Source of the DNA: Trypanosoma brucei
Taxonomy: Eukaryota
NCBI GenBank assembly: GCA_000002445.1
Contig: CP000068.1
Coordinates: forward strand, 960,001-1,024,000
Length of the DNA stretch: 64,000 nt
Direction of reading: 5' to 3'
The notes beneath the pieces were generated by a model. That model searched no databases, was not told the DNA's origin, and saw only the letters and a program-made list of their open reading frames with translations. The stretch's first letter is position 1. Every line of letters begins with the position of its first letter. Of this stretch, positions 47,201 through 57,182 are shown piece by piece. The translations under genes were made by a program, and so were the position numbers.

Positions 47201-47746
47201 AAGTAAATGTACCAGTGCTTGGGCCATCTGTGGTGAGTCTCCCATGTAAACCTTCGTATGGCGACCGCATGCCTCGGCAACCTTCCACAGAAGTGTATGA
47301 AGCCCCACTGCTTCTTCCAGGGGCGTAGCGAAAACTTTCCCGTCCAATGAAACATTCTCCCCATTCCGCTCATTCTCATTTCTTAGGTTGAACCGTTGCT
47401 CGTCCATATGGCGCACAACAAGCGCGGTAGCGTAACTTACCGCGTACAGCAAGGACTCACTAACTGTTACCTTTGACGGTACTCCATGATATGTAACATT
47501 AACATCACCACCACCCGGTTGTACGCTTTCCACAGTTGCCGCATCCTTTTCCTTATCTTGACCTTTACTGATGTCAGGATCAAGCTCTTCAAGACACGCC
47601 TGCCACGTGGGAATATGTGTCAATGCGTGAATGTTGGAACGCTTCGCGTCCCGAAGGGACGAGTTTACAAAGTCGCTTGCAGTTTTTCGCTTCTGGGCAA
47701 GCTGGCCATATCGCTCAAGTTTCTGAACCGCCGCACAGGAGAGCAT
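41201..47746 (-). CDS. very large (about 2181 aa) predicted alpha-helical solenoid hypothetical protein
   Basis: The track start at 47761 is GTG. The first ATG is at 47746. A single uninterrupted ORF with Leu-rich helical composition throughout and no diagnostic catalytic motif. Confidence 0.7.
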   Translation of the reverse strand: MLSCAAVQKLERYGQLAQKRKTASDFVNSSLRDAKRSNIHALTHIPTWQACLEELDPDISKGQDKEKDAATVESVQPGGGDVNVTYHGVPSKVTVSESLLYAVSYATALVVRHMDEQRFNLRNENERNGENVSLDGKVFATPLEEAVGLHTLLWKVAEACGRHTKVYMGDSPQMAQALVHLLSSALDAFIVSTMLRHAAVNDTNGEAALLNSLCRSSTGLVMAVVRQLRVMQSKQPFNALYSVRPCPTLLSQYLSKAGAGMSPTKTTGNVKEVKNTECSGPQCSPNCIIRSRSRDVENDSFMTSCLLTWADTVASGSLIASLSYFSTFQKVSFCDAMVSEAPSGCCCTDVGSFRRTLSSLFSTAACNRATRIVVYFRGDDIKLMQNNVRDSTEYSMLTHVTTPPVERSTLSLFTKLPVAEQHHAALLLAGWIASIPFFFRSFCAEESWTVFAQEQRRMVWLRERETRQDRGRRRWGSSSRANSVSSGGKDDSDHASTHSSDGYSRVEVNTDKGDGGDGLTNSHASDRYAGKRMRNSNIDDDEDRCSVVSQLSSFSLMSRASMISTLSKPSIASYREFLSVIDASNTDNGQTHNAPCLHQSEDDNTNLPLILLEEVVLGLQKFLVAVGEAGLSDNLLETTGLRALIWRTIGDLFTFVRNTISFSATNITAKGTPSVFHLGNDLRYNKGLGYEVLGLLFAKVVLPQLLTSCHDVAHETRPVVERALTQCLSTYELIAPQVIDKNVPAILQIASRISKANASSHLGGEKAEAFPTTILHDFLVNLITRLGKGNRISMLLDAIVLQVKEDGNAIYRSKVVEGEDTVVGGTAASSTTVGLREIFSRPDIRAALIEACNVSMDPEHLLLRLLSYVSNWASEEEVNEESGGGDDAATNPEKDEVTALGTEDQKLNVKTTMSRMEPQGVLFILDVVSTVLSGVVPTSISATSILERAAELELALSSFFVNKLHKTFLPVKEQNSREDDKLKKKNEKSSLLLCSAAVIPQKMVHRLVLLTLNAIYSSRTLILSCLQDLGISNLDAYLQLLEESMWCLQQQVDALVGSLTVDDLCASLSITTQMRHAHTTQCPPLIPRFVLQRLMLARSTSMALGFTVGPASSARRLGNTVLSYMLVESEGGVLPDHEADLALSLADTLNEEEWSSLVHFTKPKRVRAAFVWLLQLSFTKSKSAQWLSRCMAACGGLLLEALCEVLVNVDDSELLACRHDMTSKNENDSAGGKGSEDTPLIRLFAALNDVLGRVGHLPQWLPILQNFVHWLMIIYKEERNVQRSMSCLLRQQILQFVLNLLVCEEGVRTLFRWVLLHTQSEENQENHRFEHYRGRKSDRKRDGLNEAFMETVGVQFTVADAMLYASNRYTAEGESCTDAEGIRVAAAKQGIDDCTKLVRRMFSAKFAALLIQQCSTKDSDSGLSLSSRYALGILRQLYTMAMTACRYDTKTAMSSPIAQKFIISVADKMHACLEDGNYAVLSIFLDAMSGTSLTYVLKEGHRDTASTVRVPEKRRRVENSESGDNGEKTRLADKKHHRSAEDIRAKEETVGERKVFEASLGGVDHVEATEDKKESAIVVEGTKLTEVSLRWVDLLRKLLQEVVKGLVEERHQPQSSVPLLHAMSSLYVTLERVRLPALKDASENVNHRGKGGKANKRGRSYERQPVGNGRSLAAVAVASGELSDTAAKLRKLFAPSKSASRRRSASVLLPMLSSCNRAVTRALWVLYAAYEERRQSDLSEDGGFEDTTNHSPSRWFAALLGSFNVHECGNYDNFCSDSTDCLLEEAQEIASQHESECVTLRIVALQRDPAYQTEKATLWLIEQLCIIPEILHTFATSPSQSLLVEYMHALLHASIPLATGACQHLRKLQDRHQKLLTAVAEALHRLSFVPHMRFSIWRNDAKRLLVNAEAAVVSSHDCSKRNDEGTHSLCCRVLQLCTLPLAALHEDEVFIDHEMSFITSLLFTGTSGYRNGSQYLSESVILRIIRLLSATLLPRHVLWQRAHLLPTLLSFLFTRCLDGVSRGYCSSVVLNQLASFLFQLVKDATHGHCHGISPSLKSLCLSSITSCLFRHSAAYIDVFTTHSNDLDYIAADLLKALQHVHLPSRRMQAVPKKFKTEGNETGGDEDEEEEEDAAKQSDATMCDLSYACVGNTDAQLLLRQAAERVEEEEGNGSRHIFLLPE

Positions 47747-48544
47747 CACAATCCCAACCACTACAACTTTTCACTAAAATGCCGAATAAAAAGGATGGAG
47801 AAGGGGGAAAATGTTTGCTACTTGGAGAAAAGACGAAGCGAGGTCACAACAACAAAAATAGAACGTCAAGCAGTTACCTACTTTTTTTTGGTTTCCATTC
47901 TATTGATACAGTAACCATTGCTAAGGGGGGGGGGAATCTGGTAAAAGGAATGCTCGGGTGCTAACCAACCCAGCGAGCTCTGCAACCGCCCTCCTTTTCC
48001 ATTTCTGTTCCCACTCATAAATTTCTGATGAAAATTATTGATTACTTAACTGTAGTGACTACTTTCCCCTTGCTCTCCTTTTTATTTTTGTCGTTGGCAA
48101 CTTCCTTCCTTCCTTCTTTTTCTTTTTTGCTTTTGGATGTTTTTCTTTCTCACCCGTCCCAATGGTTCTTGAAATTTGTCCTCATGACGTACACAACATT
48201 ATGCACGAAAGAGCCAGAAGATGCAATATTCACGACAAATAACACGCACCCAAGTGATTTGAACATATGTTGACTCACCTTTAAAAAAAAAAAGCACTCT
48301 CCTTATTAAAATTTATTCGAGTCTCAATGGTTCCTTCTTCGTTGTCACACCTTGAAATGGCATTTCTTCCGCTCTTCTCGACTGTTGAAAGAAAGAAATA
48401 GACAACAAAAGGTAATAATAATAGTCACATCACATCTTTATACACGCCGGCGTAAATCGCCACGCTGTTATTAAAAAACGAAAGCATTCAATCACCTCAT
48501 CTCTTTTATGAAGCAATGAGCAGTTTAACCTCCACCACCATATT

Positions 48545-50938
48545 TTACTGGTCGTACACCGGTGAGTCAGTTTCACGGTCTTCATTAATAATAGTGGTGC
48601 GATTCTCCTCTCCATCATCTTCACGACGACGAGTCTCACTGCGGTGCTTGCTCGCATGGCTGCCAGAGTCGATGTCGACACTCTTGTGGCGGTTGGGCAC
48701 CTGGTTATTTACAAAGTGGCGAAGGACATAATTATCCACAGATTTGCGCAGGCGAGTCTCAACATCTTTCTCCAATGTGGCTCGGAGATTGGTTGCCTGA
48801 AGTGACAGTGAGATTCCCTTGCGTTTTGACTCTGCTTTAAGAGCCCGCCCAAGTAGTTCCTTAGCAGTGTGAGAGAAGTCCTCCTTATTTAACACGGCAG
48901 GTTTACCGCGAAGTCCACGAAGGTACAATGTTAATTGTTCGAGAATAACACGTTTCGCCGAGCTTCTCCAATCACCGGCGTTTCGCGAGCCGCGGGCTAC
49001 ACTACTTGCATTACTTCTGCCGTGTTTCCTAGAAGTGCCGCTAGTTGCATCCCACATCACGGATGATGCTCTCGAAGATGCACGGGACATTGAGCCTGCA
49101 CGGCTTAGCGATCGACCAGTGCGTGAAATGCTCCTCATATGTTGACTTGCCATAGTGGCATCGCATCCTGCAGCATCAGGCACTTCACTCCTTCCCCATA
49201 AGGACTCCTGTGACGGTAAGCGAAGAGTTTGGCTGCACTGCGCACTGTAGTATCCATGTTGCTGGGCGGCTAGGGAGTCGGGTGCTGTCGCACTTGCATC
49301 GATAATAAAAGTCGCACGTGGGTCAAAACTTGTTTTGAGTGGAGAAAGTACTGGGATATCGGCGTCCGCGTCGATTGCGACGGCGGTATCGGTAGTAACA
49401 TTAAAGCCAAGCCCGAGGGCGTTGTAACCAACCAAATCAACGCCATCTTCCATACAACTTTCTGAGTGACGTTCATTCTCAAACCTGAGGTCGTTAAAGT
49501 TGTATATGGTGGTCGGCCTTCGCTGCCTCGGAATGATATCGTTTGTTTTGTGGGAAGCAGCGTTGTAGCACTCCCTTGCACGCTGGTCCACCTTCCTGAG
49601 TGTCTGGGAGAAACGCCTGGAGACCGGTCGCTTATCACTCATGGGGTCGAGAACAATCATCTCACGGGACCTCCGCCAGTTTTCCATCACAGAAGCCTTT
49701 GGAGCTCTCAAACCTAACTTTCCGAGACCCTGTTTGGATGCAACAAACCGTTCCCGTTCCCGCTTCTGGGAGCCGTAAACGTCCAGCAGAGCAGCCGCCG
49801 ACTCGCGTGGGAGGGCCGTGGCGGACGCTGCATCCAACAAGTAGCCAAAAGAGGTATCGACAAACGAGAAAAGCTGGGTTGCTGCCCTTCTGCGCTTCCG
49901 TTCGTGCTGCGGAGGCGTTATCTTCTCCATATGAAGTTCCTGTTTAACAATTTCCTCCACGCTGAACGAATCCTCCAGAAATTTTATCCGATTCCGAATA
50001 TTTTTTAGTTCCTCGGTTTCTAGCTGCTCCTCATTCTCACTTTCTGCGTCGCGTATCAATCGCCTAAGGTGCAGAACTTCTGCCCGTAAGGCCACCAGCC
50101 TCGCCTCTACAGCGCGAATAAGCGCAGACTGTTGTAAATTGAGAGCACAATCACTAGCTTTAGCCTCATCGACTGCTTTGCGGTGGTAATAGTTTATTTC
50201 AGCAACAAAGGGGGCTACAGGAGACCCGGCGCAGCTGTCAAAGAATCCAACATAATCCCCTGGACGTCTTTCAGAAGGAGAGGAGAAGCCGCGGCGAGAA
50301 GTGTTCTTGGTGGCGTTGGACCCTTTCTTCCCTTTGGATGTTGGTGTGAAACCCAAACTTTTCTCGATTTCTCGCCAGTGCCCCAACCCAACCCCCTCTT
50401 CTTCTTCTTCATCCTCTCTGCTAAAAGAGCTCTCCTCGGAACCTTCTGAGGTGCCACTGTTTCTTTCGTCGCTGCTGCTTGCTGTGTAATCATCCTCGTT
50501 ATCCATAATACGCGCGTTCTTCCTCGTTTTCTTGAGGGGAACGGCAGCACCATCTCTCTTTTTTCCAGTAGCTTTCCTCTCTTTTCCTTTCTTTGTCCTT
50601 TTTTCTCTGCTGGGCCTCGCCGTCCACTCATTATCACCATCTGCAGATTCGTTTTCTCCACTACCTGTTCCCATGATGAGTTGCTTAGCAACCGCGACAC
50701 CGGCAGCAGCGGCTGGGTGGTTCATGCGCTCTTGATTATTCATATCAAACGGCTCAACAGCGGTTAAGGGAACAACAGAGCCGGATTCACTACCGAGGAA
50801 GTACACAAACTGATTATCAGCAGGGACATCCACTGGTGCCTCTTCTGCAGGAACTACGATTGCGGCATAATACACATCTTCATACAGGACCCAGCGCAGG
50901 CTACTTCCGGGGTCTGATGCTTCTGAGTGTTGCGCCAT
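48545..50938 (-). CDS. hypothetical protein with coiled-coil segment and basic, Ser-rich regions
   Basis: The track start at 51064 is TTG and reads through a (GT)n-encoded CVCVC stretch. The first ATG is at 50938 (cat at 50936-50938). Confidence 0.6.
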   Translation of the reverse strand: MAQHSEASDPGSSLRWVLYEDVYYAAIVVPAEEAPVDVPADNQFVYFLGSESGSVVPLTAVEPFDMNNQERMNHPAAAAGVAVAKQLIMGTGSGENESADGDNEWTARPSREKRTKKGKERKATGKKRDGAAVPLKKTRKNARIMDNEDDYTASSSDERNSGTSEGSEESSFSREDEEEEEGVGLGHWREIEKSLGFTPTSKGKKGSNATKNTSRRGFSSPSERRPGDYVGFFDSCAGSPVAPFVAEINYYHRKAVDEAKASDCALNLQQSALIRAVEARLVALRAEVLHLRRLIRDAESENEEQLETEELKNIRNRIKFLEDSFSVEEIVKQELHMEKITPPQHERKRRRAATQLFSFVDTSFGYLLDAASATALPRESAAALLDVYGSQKRERERFVASKQGLGKLGLRAPKASVMENWRRSREMIVLDPMSDKRPVSRRFSQTLRKVDQRARECYNAASHKTNDIIPRQRRPTTIYNFNDLRFENERHSESCMEDGVDLVGYNALGLGFNVTTDTAVAIDADADIPVLSPLKTSFDPRATFIIDASATAPDSLAAQQHGYYSAQCSQTLRLPSQESLWGRSEVPDAAGCDATMASQHMRSISRTGRSLSRAGSMSRASSRASSVMWDATSGTSRKHGRSNASSVARGSRNAGDWRSSAKRVILEQLTLYLRGLRGKPAVLNKEDFSHTAKELLGRALKAESKRKGISLSLQATNLRATLEKDVETRLRKSVDNYVLRHFVNNQVPNRHKSVDIDSGSHASKHRSETRRREDDGEENRTTIINEDRETDSPVYDQ

Positions 50939-52081
50939 GACGTTGTGGCTTGCGAGTAATTTTATGCCACTACACACACAAACACACACAAACGTCAAAA
51001 TAACTCCCAACGATTTAAAGGGGCGTTTTGTACTACTTTCGGAAACCACCTTTTTCTTTGTCAACTCTTTCCCCCTCAGTTAATTTCCTTGCGAGGTTTC
51101 GTTATTAAATAAATATATATATATATATATATGCCTGTTACCTTTTTCTTTATTTTACTTTCCTGTTTTTTTGACTGTTCCTTCCTTTTCTCTCTTTTGC
51201 AGGACGTAATAGCACCTGTTTGTTTTTTTTTAGGGGAAACAGATGCTCAGCAAAGTATAAACTTGTATGATAGTATTATCGCTCTGCCTCACTGTTGATA
51301 TGGATCGGATTTCCCCGCGAACAAATACTGTTGAGAACAGTACTGTCTCAACTTATTTACTATCTTTAAAGATATATATATATATATCTGTGTGTGTTTT
51401 GACCTTATTCTGCTCACTTTAAGATGTTTGTTTGTTTTTCCTTTCGTCGTTTCAACCCTCGACTAAGCTTCGGTGCAGAAATGACGAAGAAAGAGATGAA
51501 GAGGCGAATGCTCTCATATGTGTGTGCAGATTTATGTGTGTACCCAGTGTGTGAAACACAAAGCGAGACACATAATTACAGCACATTATTTCATTAGTAG
51601 TGTTTCTTTTTTTTTTCCTTTTTCCTCACTTTCGAGTAAACGAGGTTATTTGTTTCAAACACCACAGCGATAGTAATTTATCGACAACGTGCGAGCAAAC
51701 AATGCAGCGAGGGTGTCACTTCTGTTACATGCGAAGCGAAACCTAATGTATCTGAAACAAAAAAGCAGCCGTGATGGTTACAACGTTAACCGTGATAACA
51801 ATCATCCTGAAAAGTTCAACCACAATGGAAAAGAACAAAAGAGGAGAAAAGCATATAAATATCACTTGAGTGCAGCGAGAAAAATTATGACATTTTGCAT
51901 GTTCCTCTTCCCTTCTTTTGGTTTGTTTTAACATCCATCACTTTCGGTTTATTCCTTTACCTCTTTTTTCCTATTTTTTTTAAAAATTAATTCTCTGACT
52001 GGTGGTTTTATTCCTCACAATAGGTCGCATTCACACGTAAGTTACCAACTGATTTCTTAAGTGTCCCTCTCACGTTTCAGT

Positions 52082-52124
52082 ACAACACAACACAACACAA
52101 CACGCCATATCACATCACATCACG
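52082..52124. repeat. pentanucleotide repeats (ACAAC)n followed by (ATCAC)n
   Basis: Read directly from the sequence. Confidence 0.9.
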
Positions 52125-52508
52125 GCACAATGCAAGTTTGTGTTATTGTTAAGCACATATCATCTTAAGAAACATAAACCAACCCCTGCAGCCGCTGTGT
52201 TGAGATCTCCTCCACCCTTTTCAGTAGTAAAATGAGAGCGCCATGAATGGCGATAAAAATTCGAAATAAGCAAATGCCAATATACACCGAATATACCAAT
52301 CTTTCCCCCCTTTTCCATAATAGACACTTAAGTGCCGCCGCCTCCAACTGAAGAAACCTCCCAAGCGACATATTTGCGCGCGTTCGTTCCGATCCAGCTC
52401 GTGCTGGCATTGTATTCAGCACTACCAGAGTTAGTACGTTCATTTCTTTCGCCAAGAAGCCATCATTTAACTTATTTTTTTTTTGACGCTCACTATCTTT
52501 CCCTTCAT

Positions 52509-55500
52509 TCACCTTCTTGAATCTTTTCTGTGCAATCGCGACGAACCTTCCTCCCTGTGGAACCTTTTCCCTTCATCATCTCCCTCCTCATCGTCACATG
52601 AACTCCACACATATGTAATCGGTATCATACGAACTACTGCCGTATCGATGTCTTCATCACGGTTCCGCTGGTCCGACAACCAGCGCTCAACTTCCTCAAC
52701 GGGGCGTCTAGAAGTCGTAGCAATGGCGGCTACTTGAATGTTATGATGAAGAGCAAAAGCTTGTGGTGTGACACGATACTCACGCCTGGTATCTGGATGA
52801 GTAAACACTAAGGAACCAGTAGGTGCACGAAAGTAATACAGACCCTTCGAAGCACTCAAATTACAAGTCCAGCGATAGGGAAGGTGCGGGAAAGGGTGGC
52901 CACGAGGGGGGTACGAACTAAACTTCAGGGTCTTCGACAGAGACCTATCCGAATGCCGCCGTTCTCTACTGCCTCGTGTGCTTCTGCTCCTGCTCCTGCT
53001 TCTGCTCCGTTTCCTCCTGCTCCGGCCGTGTCTACGGTGGCTATGATGTCTGCGGCGACGATCGCGTCTGCCACCGTCCCCATCAGTGTGTTCATTTCGC
53101 TCGCCATACCTCCTCCCGCCGCTTCCAACTGTATGATACGACACCTTCATGAGATCCAGAGCCGCCAGGTCCAGGGCTTCCAGGCGAATGCGCTGGTCGT
53201 TAATCCACTCCTCTGCAACCTCCTTGGTTATGATGGGAGGTTGTTCTCGGGAGGCATCATCAGTTCTACACTCCTGTGACATCCGATTCGCGTACTCAAG
53301 AACTTCGTCTAACGTCACCGCTGTCCTGGCTTCCAGCAGAAAAGCTTGCGGAGCTACCATAAACTCTGTTGCATCTGTCGGGTGTTTATAAGTGGCAGGG
53401 CTTTTGCCGTCCCTAAAGTAGTAGTACCCATACGAACGGCTCATTGCAGACGTCCAACCTGTCGGAAGCGGAGTGAAGGGCTCACCAGTTCGCGGGTAGT
53501 GACGCATTGCAGCCGTCCACTCCGGCAGCCATCGCCTTGTTGTAACGTGCTGTTGTGCATCAGAACTCGGTTGCGGATTGTAACTGGATGATGTGCCCAA
53601 TATGGCTGTTGTGATGTTGGCCGGCTGTTGAGGATACGGTGGAGGAAGCACCGTGGACGACAACTTCTTCTCGATTTGCTCATAGCGCTCCTCGGAGGCA
53701 GGTTTCGCAAAGTACGCACTTCGAAGAGATTGATATGCCTCCTCAGAAGGTTGAACGCGCAACGCTGCTTCAAGAAGATTCAAGGCGTCGTGATCAGTGA
53801 ATACGCACCGCACACCAGAGTTTTTGTCAACCTCTTTGTTCTTACCAATATCCCGGGGCATCAACTCCATGAGGCGCAAGAAAGCGCCGCAAAGACGAGC
53901 GGTTTCGACGCTCAGTGTGGGACTCACATTACTCTTCGAAAGGGCGACACGAATGAAATAGAAGTGGTCACGTGTCAGGCTAGTTTTTGAAGCGTACAGT
54001 ATGTTTGCGAATTCCTCGCCGTTGAAGAAGTCCGCATTTAGGTACAACCGCAGTAGTGACCGGTACACAGCACCTTCGATATCCCAAAGCATGAAACTGG
54101 ACTGTCTCGATACCTCTCCTTTCAAATTTTCTTCCTTCTTACCACTTTGAGGACACTCCGGCATTGACTGAAAAAACGTTTCCAATGCCTTCGTTTCTGC
54201 CAAGAACTCTGCAACACTCTCTCGCTGCTCACTCGACATGGCTGTCAGGAGCGCGTCAATCGCACTCCCTACTTGGGACGTCAGTCGACCCATTGCTGCT
54301 GCTTGTGATGTTTGTGCTGACTCACCAGCCAGGCTCTGGATGTGTTCGTGCAACCACATGGCTAAAGAGGCCCAGTGGCGCAAGAGGCGAAGCACAAGGG
54401 GGTTTGCTGCCGTGGGGTCGCTTCGGAGGGCCACGACACCAACAGACTGCACCACTGTTGTGTCTAACAAAAACGGAAGAATACAGCGACACAGAAGGGG
54501 AAGTAACTTCGCTGCATGGCAGTTGGCGAGTGCTGTCAGGATTGATATCGCTCCTTTGCTAGCCAGCAGGTAGGGTAGAAGCGTTGGAAGTTGTTTAATC
54601 TTCTTCGGCTGAGTCCCTTCAGTTTCCGTTGCTGGCTTACCCGCCGTGGTCGTTGCCTCAACAGAAGCTATTGTTTCTCCATCTTTTGGTCGGGCATATT
54701 GTTGGTCCCAAGCCGCCTGTTCATCATTGCAGCTACCGCTATTTTCCACCAGTAGTGCTTCCACAATACGCGACCGACCATCATTGAATTCCTCGCTGGT
54801 ACTAGTTAAAATAATTCGGATGTCGGCAGAGTGCTGCTGCAGAAATGAAACGATGTCTTCTACCTCAGGGCTCAAGGGTGGCACAGAGAAATCGCAAGGA
54901 ATGCTAGGAAACATCAATTCTTTATCACGCAGGCGGTCTTCACCTTCGTTGTTTGACGGCATTGCCTGTGCTGTCTCAATTGGACCTTCATATTCACCAT
55001 CGACGCGCGTTGTGGTTTCGCCGCTATTTAAAAGGTTTGTGTTTCCATTTTGCAAGGCCCCCAATGGGAACGCCAACTGCACCCTTTCCACAATTTTCGC
55101 AGCCAAACTATTCACATCATCCACCGTTATAGAAGACACACACGGTGCGCCATTTATCGTGATTGGTTGCACCTGCACGGCCACCCGCTCCTCTACTCGA
55201 ACTGTTGGAACGAAACTGCCAAATGTTGATTGCCCCAAAATAGAAGGCATAGAGGATGGCACGGCGTGACTATGGTGATGTTGAGGAATCGGGTAGCCGT
55301 ATGGTGGGGCTGCGTATTGCGCGTACGTCGATGGCGGATAATAGCCAGCCGCACCCCCGGGCGGACCTCCCCCTGACCCCCAATACATCATCTGAGGTGG
55401 TGGTTGTTGAGTTGTGTTATTGTCACCGGTATTTCCCTCCTCAGCATCCTCATTAGAGATTTCTTCTTCAACTAACTCAGGATAATCAGTTTTCGGTGCT

Positions 55501-57182
55501 TTCATTTCATTTATGTTACTCATGACAGCTGCTTGATAGGGAGGCGGCGTGTCCGTACGCGGTGGTGGGGGTGGTGGCGGTTGCTGCCAAGCGGCAGTTG
55601 GAGCAGCATAGCCATAATATGAACCGTAAGGAGGACATGATTGCGACCCACTATGTGGTATCGGTGCTGGCGTTGCACGGGGTGGAGCGGCAGCAACATG
55701 AGGCACGCTTACTTCAGCGGCAGGTGGTGCATGCGCCTCAGCACGCGGTGCTGACTGGCCACTGCGGTGCCGTGCGCTTGGCTTCTGCTGTTGCTCTGCT
55801 GTGCGCACGTCTTTTTGGCCATCCGCCTTCACCTCTTGAAGAAGTTCAGTGATGTCATTGTCGACGAAGTCCTCTTCACTTAGTTTTTGTGGTTTCACCC
55901 CGGTGCCCAAACCCCCAAATATATCAACTTCTTCCTTAGCGTTGCGAGACCACATTGGACTACCAGACCTTACCCACCTCCCTCCCCTCTTCTCCTCGAT
56001 GTCGCTGCTCTTGCCAAGGTAATCGTCGTCGTCAGCAGCCTCATCATCCTCGTATTTAGCCCCATTATTGCTATAATCATTAGTCTCACCAGTGTCATCC
56101 TTCACATCGCGCCGCAGCCTCGAATTCTCCCCGACGTCCGACCCTTTTTGGCGCCCCACCGCTACCCGCGGGCCTCCCTTGGATTGCGAGAACTCATCCA
56201 TACAGTCTGCCATTGTGATGAGCACCCCGCAACGCTGAAACAGCGTATATTGCACGAGAAACGAGCAGAAAGGGTTCCACAACCACTCATACACCGTCCC
56301 CGGTTTCTTTACCGCCACGTAAAAGACACCAGGCTCAAAACCGGAAATAACATTCATATCATTTTCCCCGTTTCCAGTTTCCGGTTGAAAGAGAGAACCA
56401 ATGTCCTCGCTTGTTATGCCACGTCCTCCATTAAGCAGAAATTGATAGTCCGTAACTTGAAACGTAGCGCACGGTGGCACTACCCGTTTGTTGCCACCAA
56501 AACTGCCGCCACTATTCAGGTCCCCATCGTCTTCCAACACAAAACCCGCACAAAGGCCAACATTGGTAAACTCCTCCATGACGCGCATTGCCAACCTCAC
56601 ATCACGCCCAAAGGTGACAACAAGCTGCATCAACTCTGTTCCCATCTTTACAAAACGCAGCGACGTTATTGCAGTTGTCGCCCGCTGATAGGCAAGGAGC
56701 TCAACGATATACTTCACAAGACTTCTGCCGTATTCCTTTGGTGTCATTCCCTCCGGCACAACACCGTCAAGTTGCAGCACTACAGACGCCGATGGTGTTA
56801 TATGCGGTGGCTGCTGCGCTTGTACAGGCGCAGAGGGTATGAGATGCAACTCTGGAACCGTAGCCGGCAACACCTGACGTGCACCGCTCCACGTTGGTGG
56901 GGGTGAGACAGGGTTACGCAACACCATCTGCTGGCAATATTGAAGAGCCTCTTCAGCAGTAGCCTCTTCCGATAGATATCCTGCGGGTTGCTGATGTTGC
57001 TGCTGTTGTGCCTCCTCTCCCACACCTTCTTGCGAAGCCTGAGCGGCCACCGCGGGGTACGCCGTGTTATCTCCATCCACAAAAGGGGCACCCGTTGCGG
57101 GAGGGTCCACCGCATCGGTGACGCCCATGTTGGCCCCCTGAAGCTGCGGTTGCTGTTGTTGTGGTCGTTTAAATGTGTACAT
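52509..57182 (-). CDS. large low-complexity protein with two WW-like domains, a PPPY motif, Pro/Gln-rich tracts and a C-terminal RS/RH-rich domain
   Basis: The track start at 57500 is TTG, and the next ATG at 57443 translates a polypyrimidine tract. The likely start is the ATG at 57182 (MYTFKRPQQQQ), with a pyrimidine tract immediately upstream on the minus strand. WW-like segments: LPTGWTSAMSRSYGYYYFRDGKSPATYKHP and LPYRWTCNLSASKGLYYFRAPTGSLVFTHP. RS domain: RRRRHHSHRRHGRSRRKRSRSRSRSRSTRGSRERRHSDRS. Confidence 0.7.
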   Translation of the reverse strand: MYTFKRPQQQQPQLQGANMGVTDAVDPPATGAPFVDGDNTAYPAVAAQASQEGVGEEAQQQQHQQPAGYLSEEATAEEALQYCQQMVLRNPVSPPPTWSGARQVLPATVPELHLIPSAPVQAQQPPHITPSASVVLQLDGVVPEGMTPKEYGRSLVKYIVELLAYQRATTAITSLRFVKMGTELMQLVVTFGRDVRLAMRVMEEFTNVGLCAGFVLEDDGDLNSGGSFGGNKRVVPPCATFQVTDYQFLLNGGRGITSEDIGSLFQPETGNGENDMNVISGFEPGVFYVAVKKPGTVYEWLWNPFCSFLVQYTLFQRCGVLITMADCMDEFSQSKGGPRVAVGRQKGSDVGENSRLRRDVKDDTGETNDYSNNGAKYEDDEAADDDDYLGKSSDIEEKRGGRWVRSGSPMWSRNAKEEVDIFGGLGTGVKPQKLSEEDFVDNDITELLQEVKADGQKDVRTAEQQQKPSARHRSGQSAPRAEAHAPPAAEVSVPHVAAAPPRATPAPIPHSGSQSCPPYGSYYGYAAPTAAWQQPPPPPPPRTDTPPPYQAAVMSNINEMKAPKTDYPELVEEEISNEDAEEGNTGDNNTTQQPPPQMMYWGSGGGPPGGAAGYYPPSTYAQYAAPPYGYPIPQHHHSHAVPSSMPSILGQSTFGSFVPTVRVEERVAVQVQPITINGAPCVSSITVDDVNSLAAKIVERVQLAFPLGALQNGNTNLLNSGETTTRVDGEYEGPIETAQAMPSNNEGEDRLRDKELMFPSIPCDFSVPPLSPEVEDIVSFLQQHSADIRIILTSTSEEFNDGRSRIVEALLVENSGSCNDEQAAWDQQYARPKDGETIASVEATTTAGKPATETEGTQPKKIKQLPTLLPYLLASKGAISILTALANCHAAKLLPLLCRCILPFLLDTTVVQSVGVVALRSDPTAANPLVLRLLRHWASLAMWLHEHIQSLAGESAQTSQAAAMGRLTSQVGSAIDALLTAMSSEQRESVAEFLAETKALETFFQSMPECPQSGKKEENLKGEVSRQSSFMLWDIEGAVYRSLLRLYLNADFFNGEEFANILYASKTSLTRDHFYFIRVALSKSNVSPTLSVETARLCGAFLRLMELMPRDIGKNKEVDKNSGVRCVFTDHDALNLLEAALRVQPSEEAYQSLRSAYFAKPASEERYEQIEKKLSSTVLPPPYPQQPANITTAILGTSSSYNPQPSSDAQQHVTTRRWLPEWTAAMRHYPRTGEPFTPLPTGWTSAMSRSYGYYYFRDGKSPATYKHPTDATEFMVAPQAFLLEARTAVTLDEVLEYANRMSQECRTDDASREQPPIITKEVAEEWINDQRIRLEALDLAALDLMKVSYHTVGSGGRRYGERNEHTDGDGGRRDRRRRHHSHRRHGRSRRKRSRSRSRSRSTRGSRERRHSDRSLSKTLKFSSYPPRGHPFPHLPYRWTCNLSASKGLYYFRAPTGSLVFTHPDTRREYRVTPQAFALHHNIQVAAIATTSRRPVEEVERWLSDQRNRDEDIDTAVVRMIPITYVWSSCDDEEGDDEGKRFHREEGSSRLHRKDSRR

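Noticed and set aside
55887-56906. 339-aa + strand ORF (and many 60-200-aa ORFs) antisense to large - strand genes
   Set aside because: They lie fully inside and opposite to much longer genes (WW/RS gene, kinases, SPX-PRS, 2181-aa gene). Their composition is low-complexity and not protein-like, and they contradict the polycistronic polarity. This is a typical by-product of the codon bias of the sense frame.
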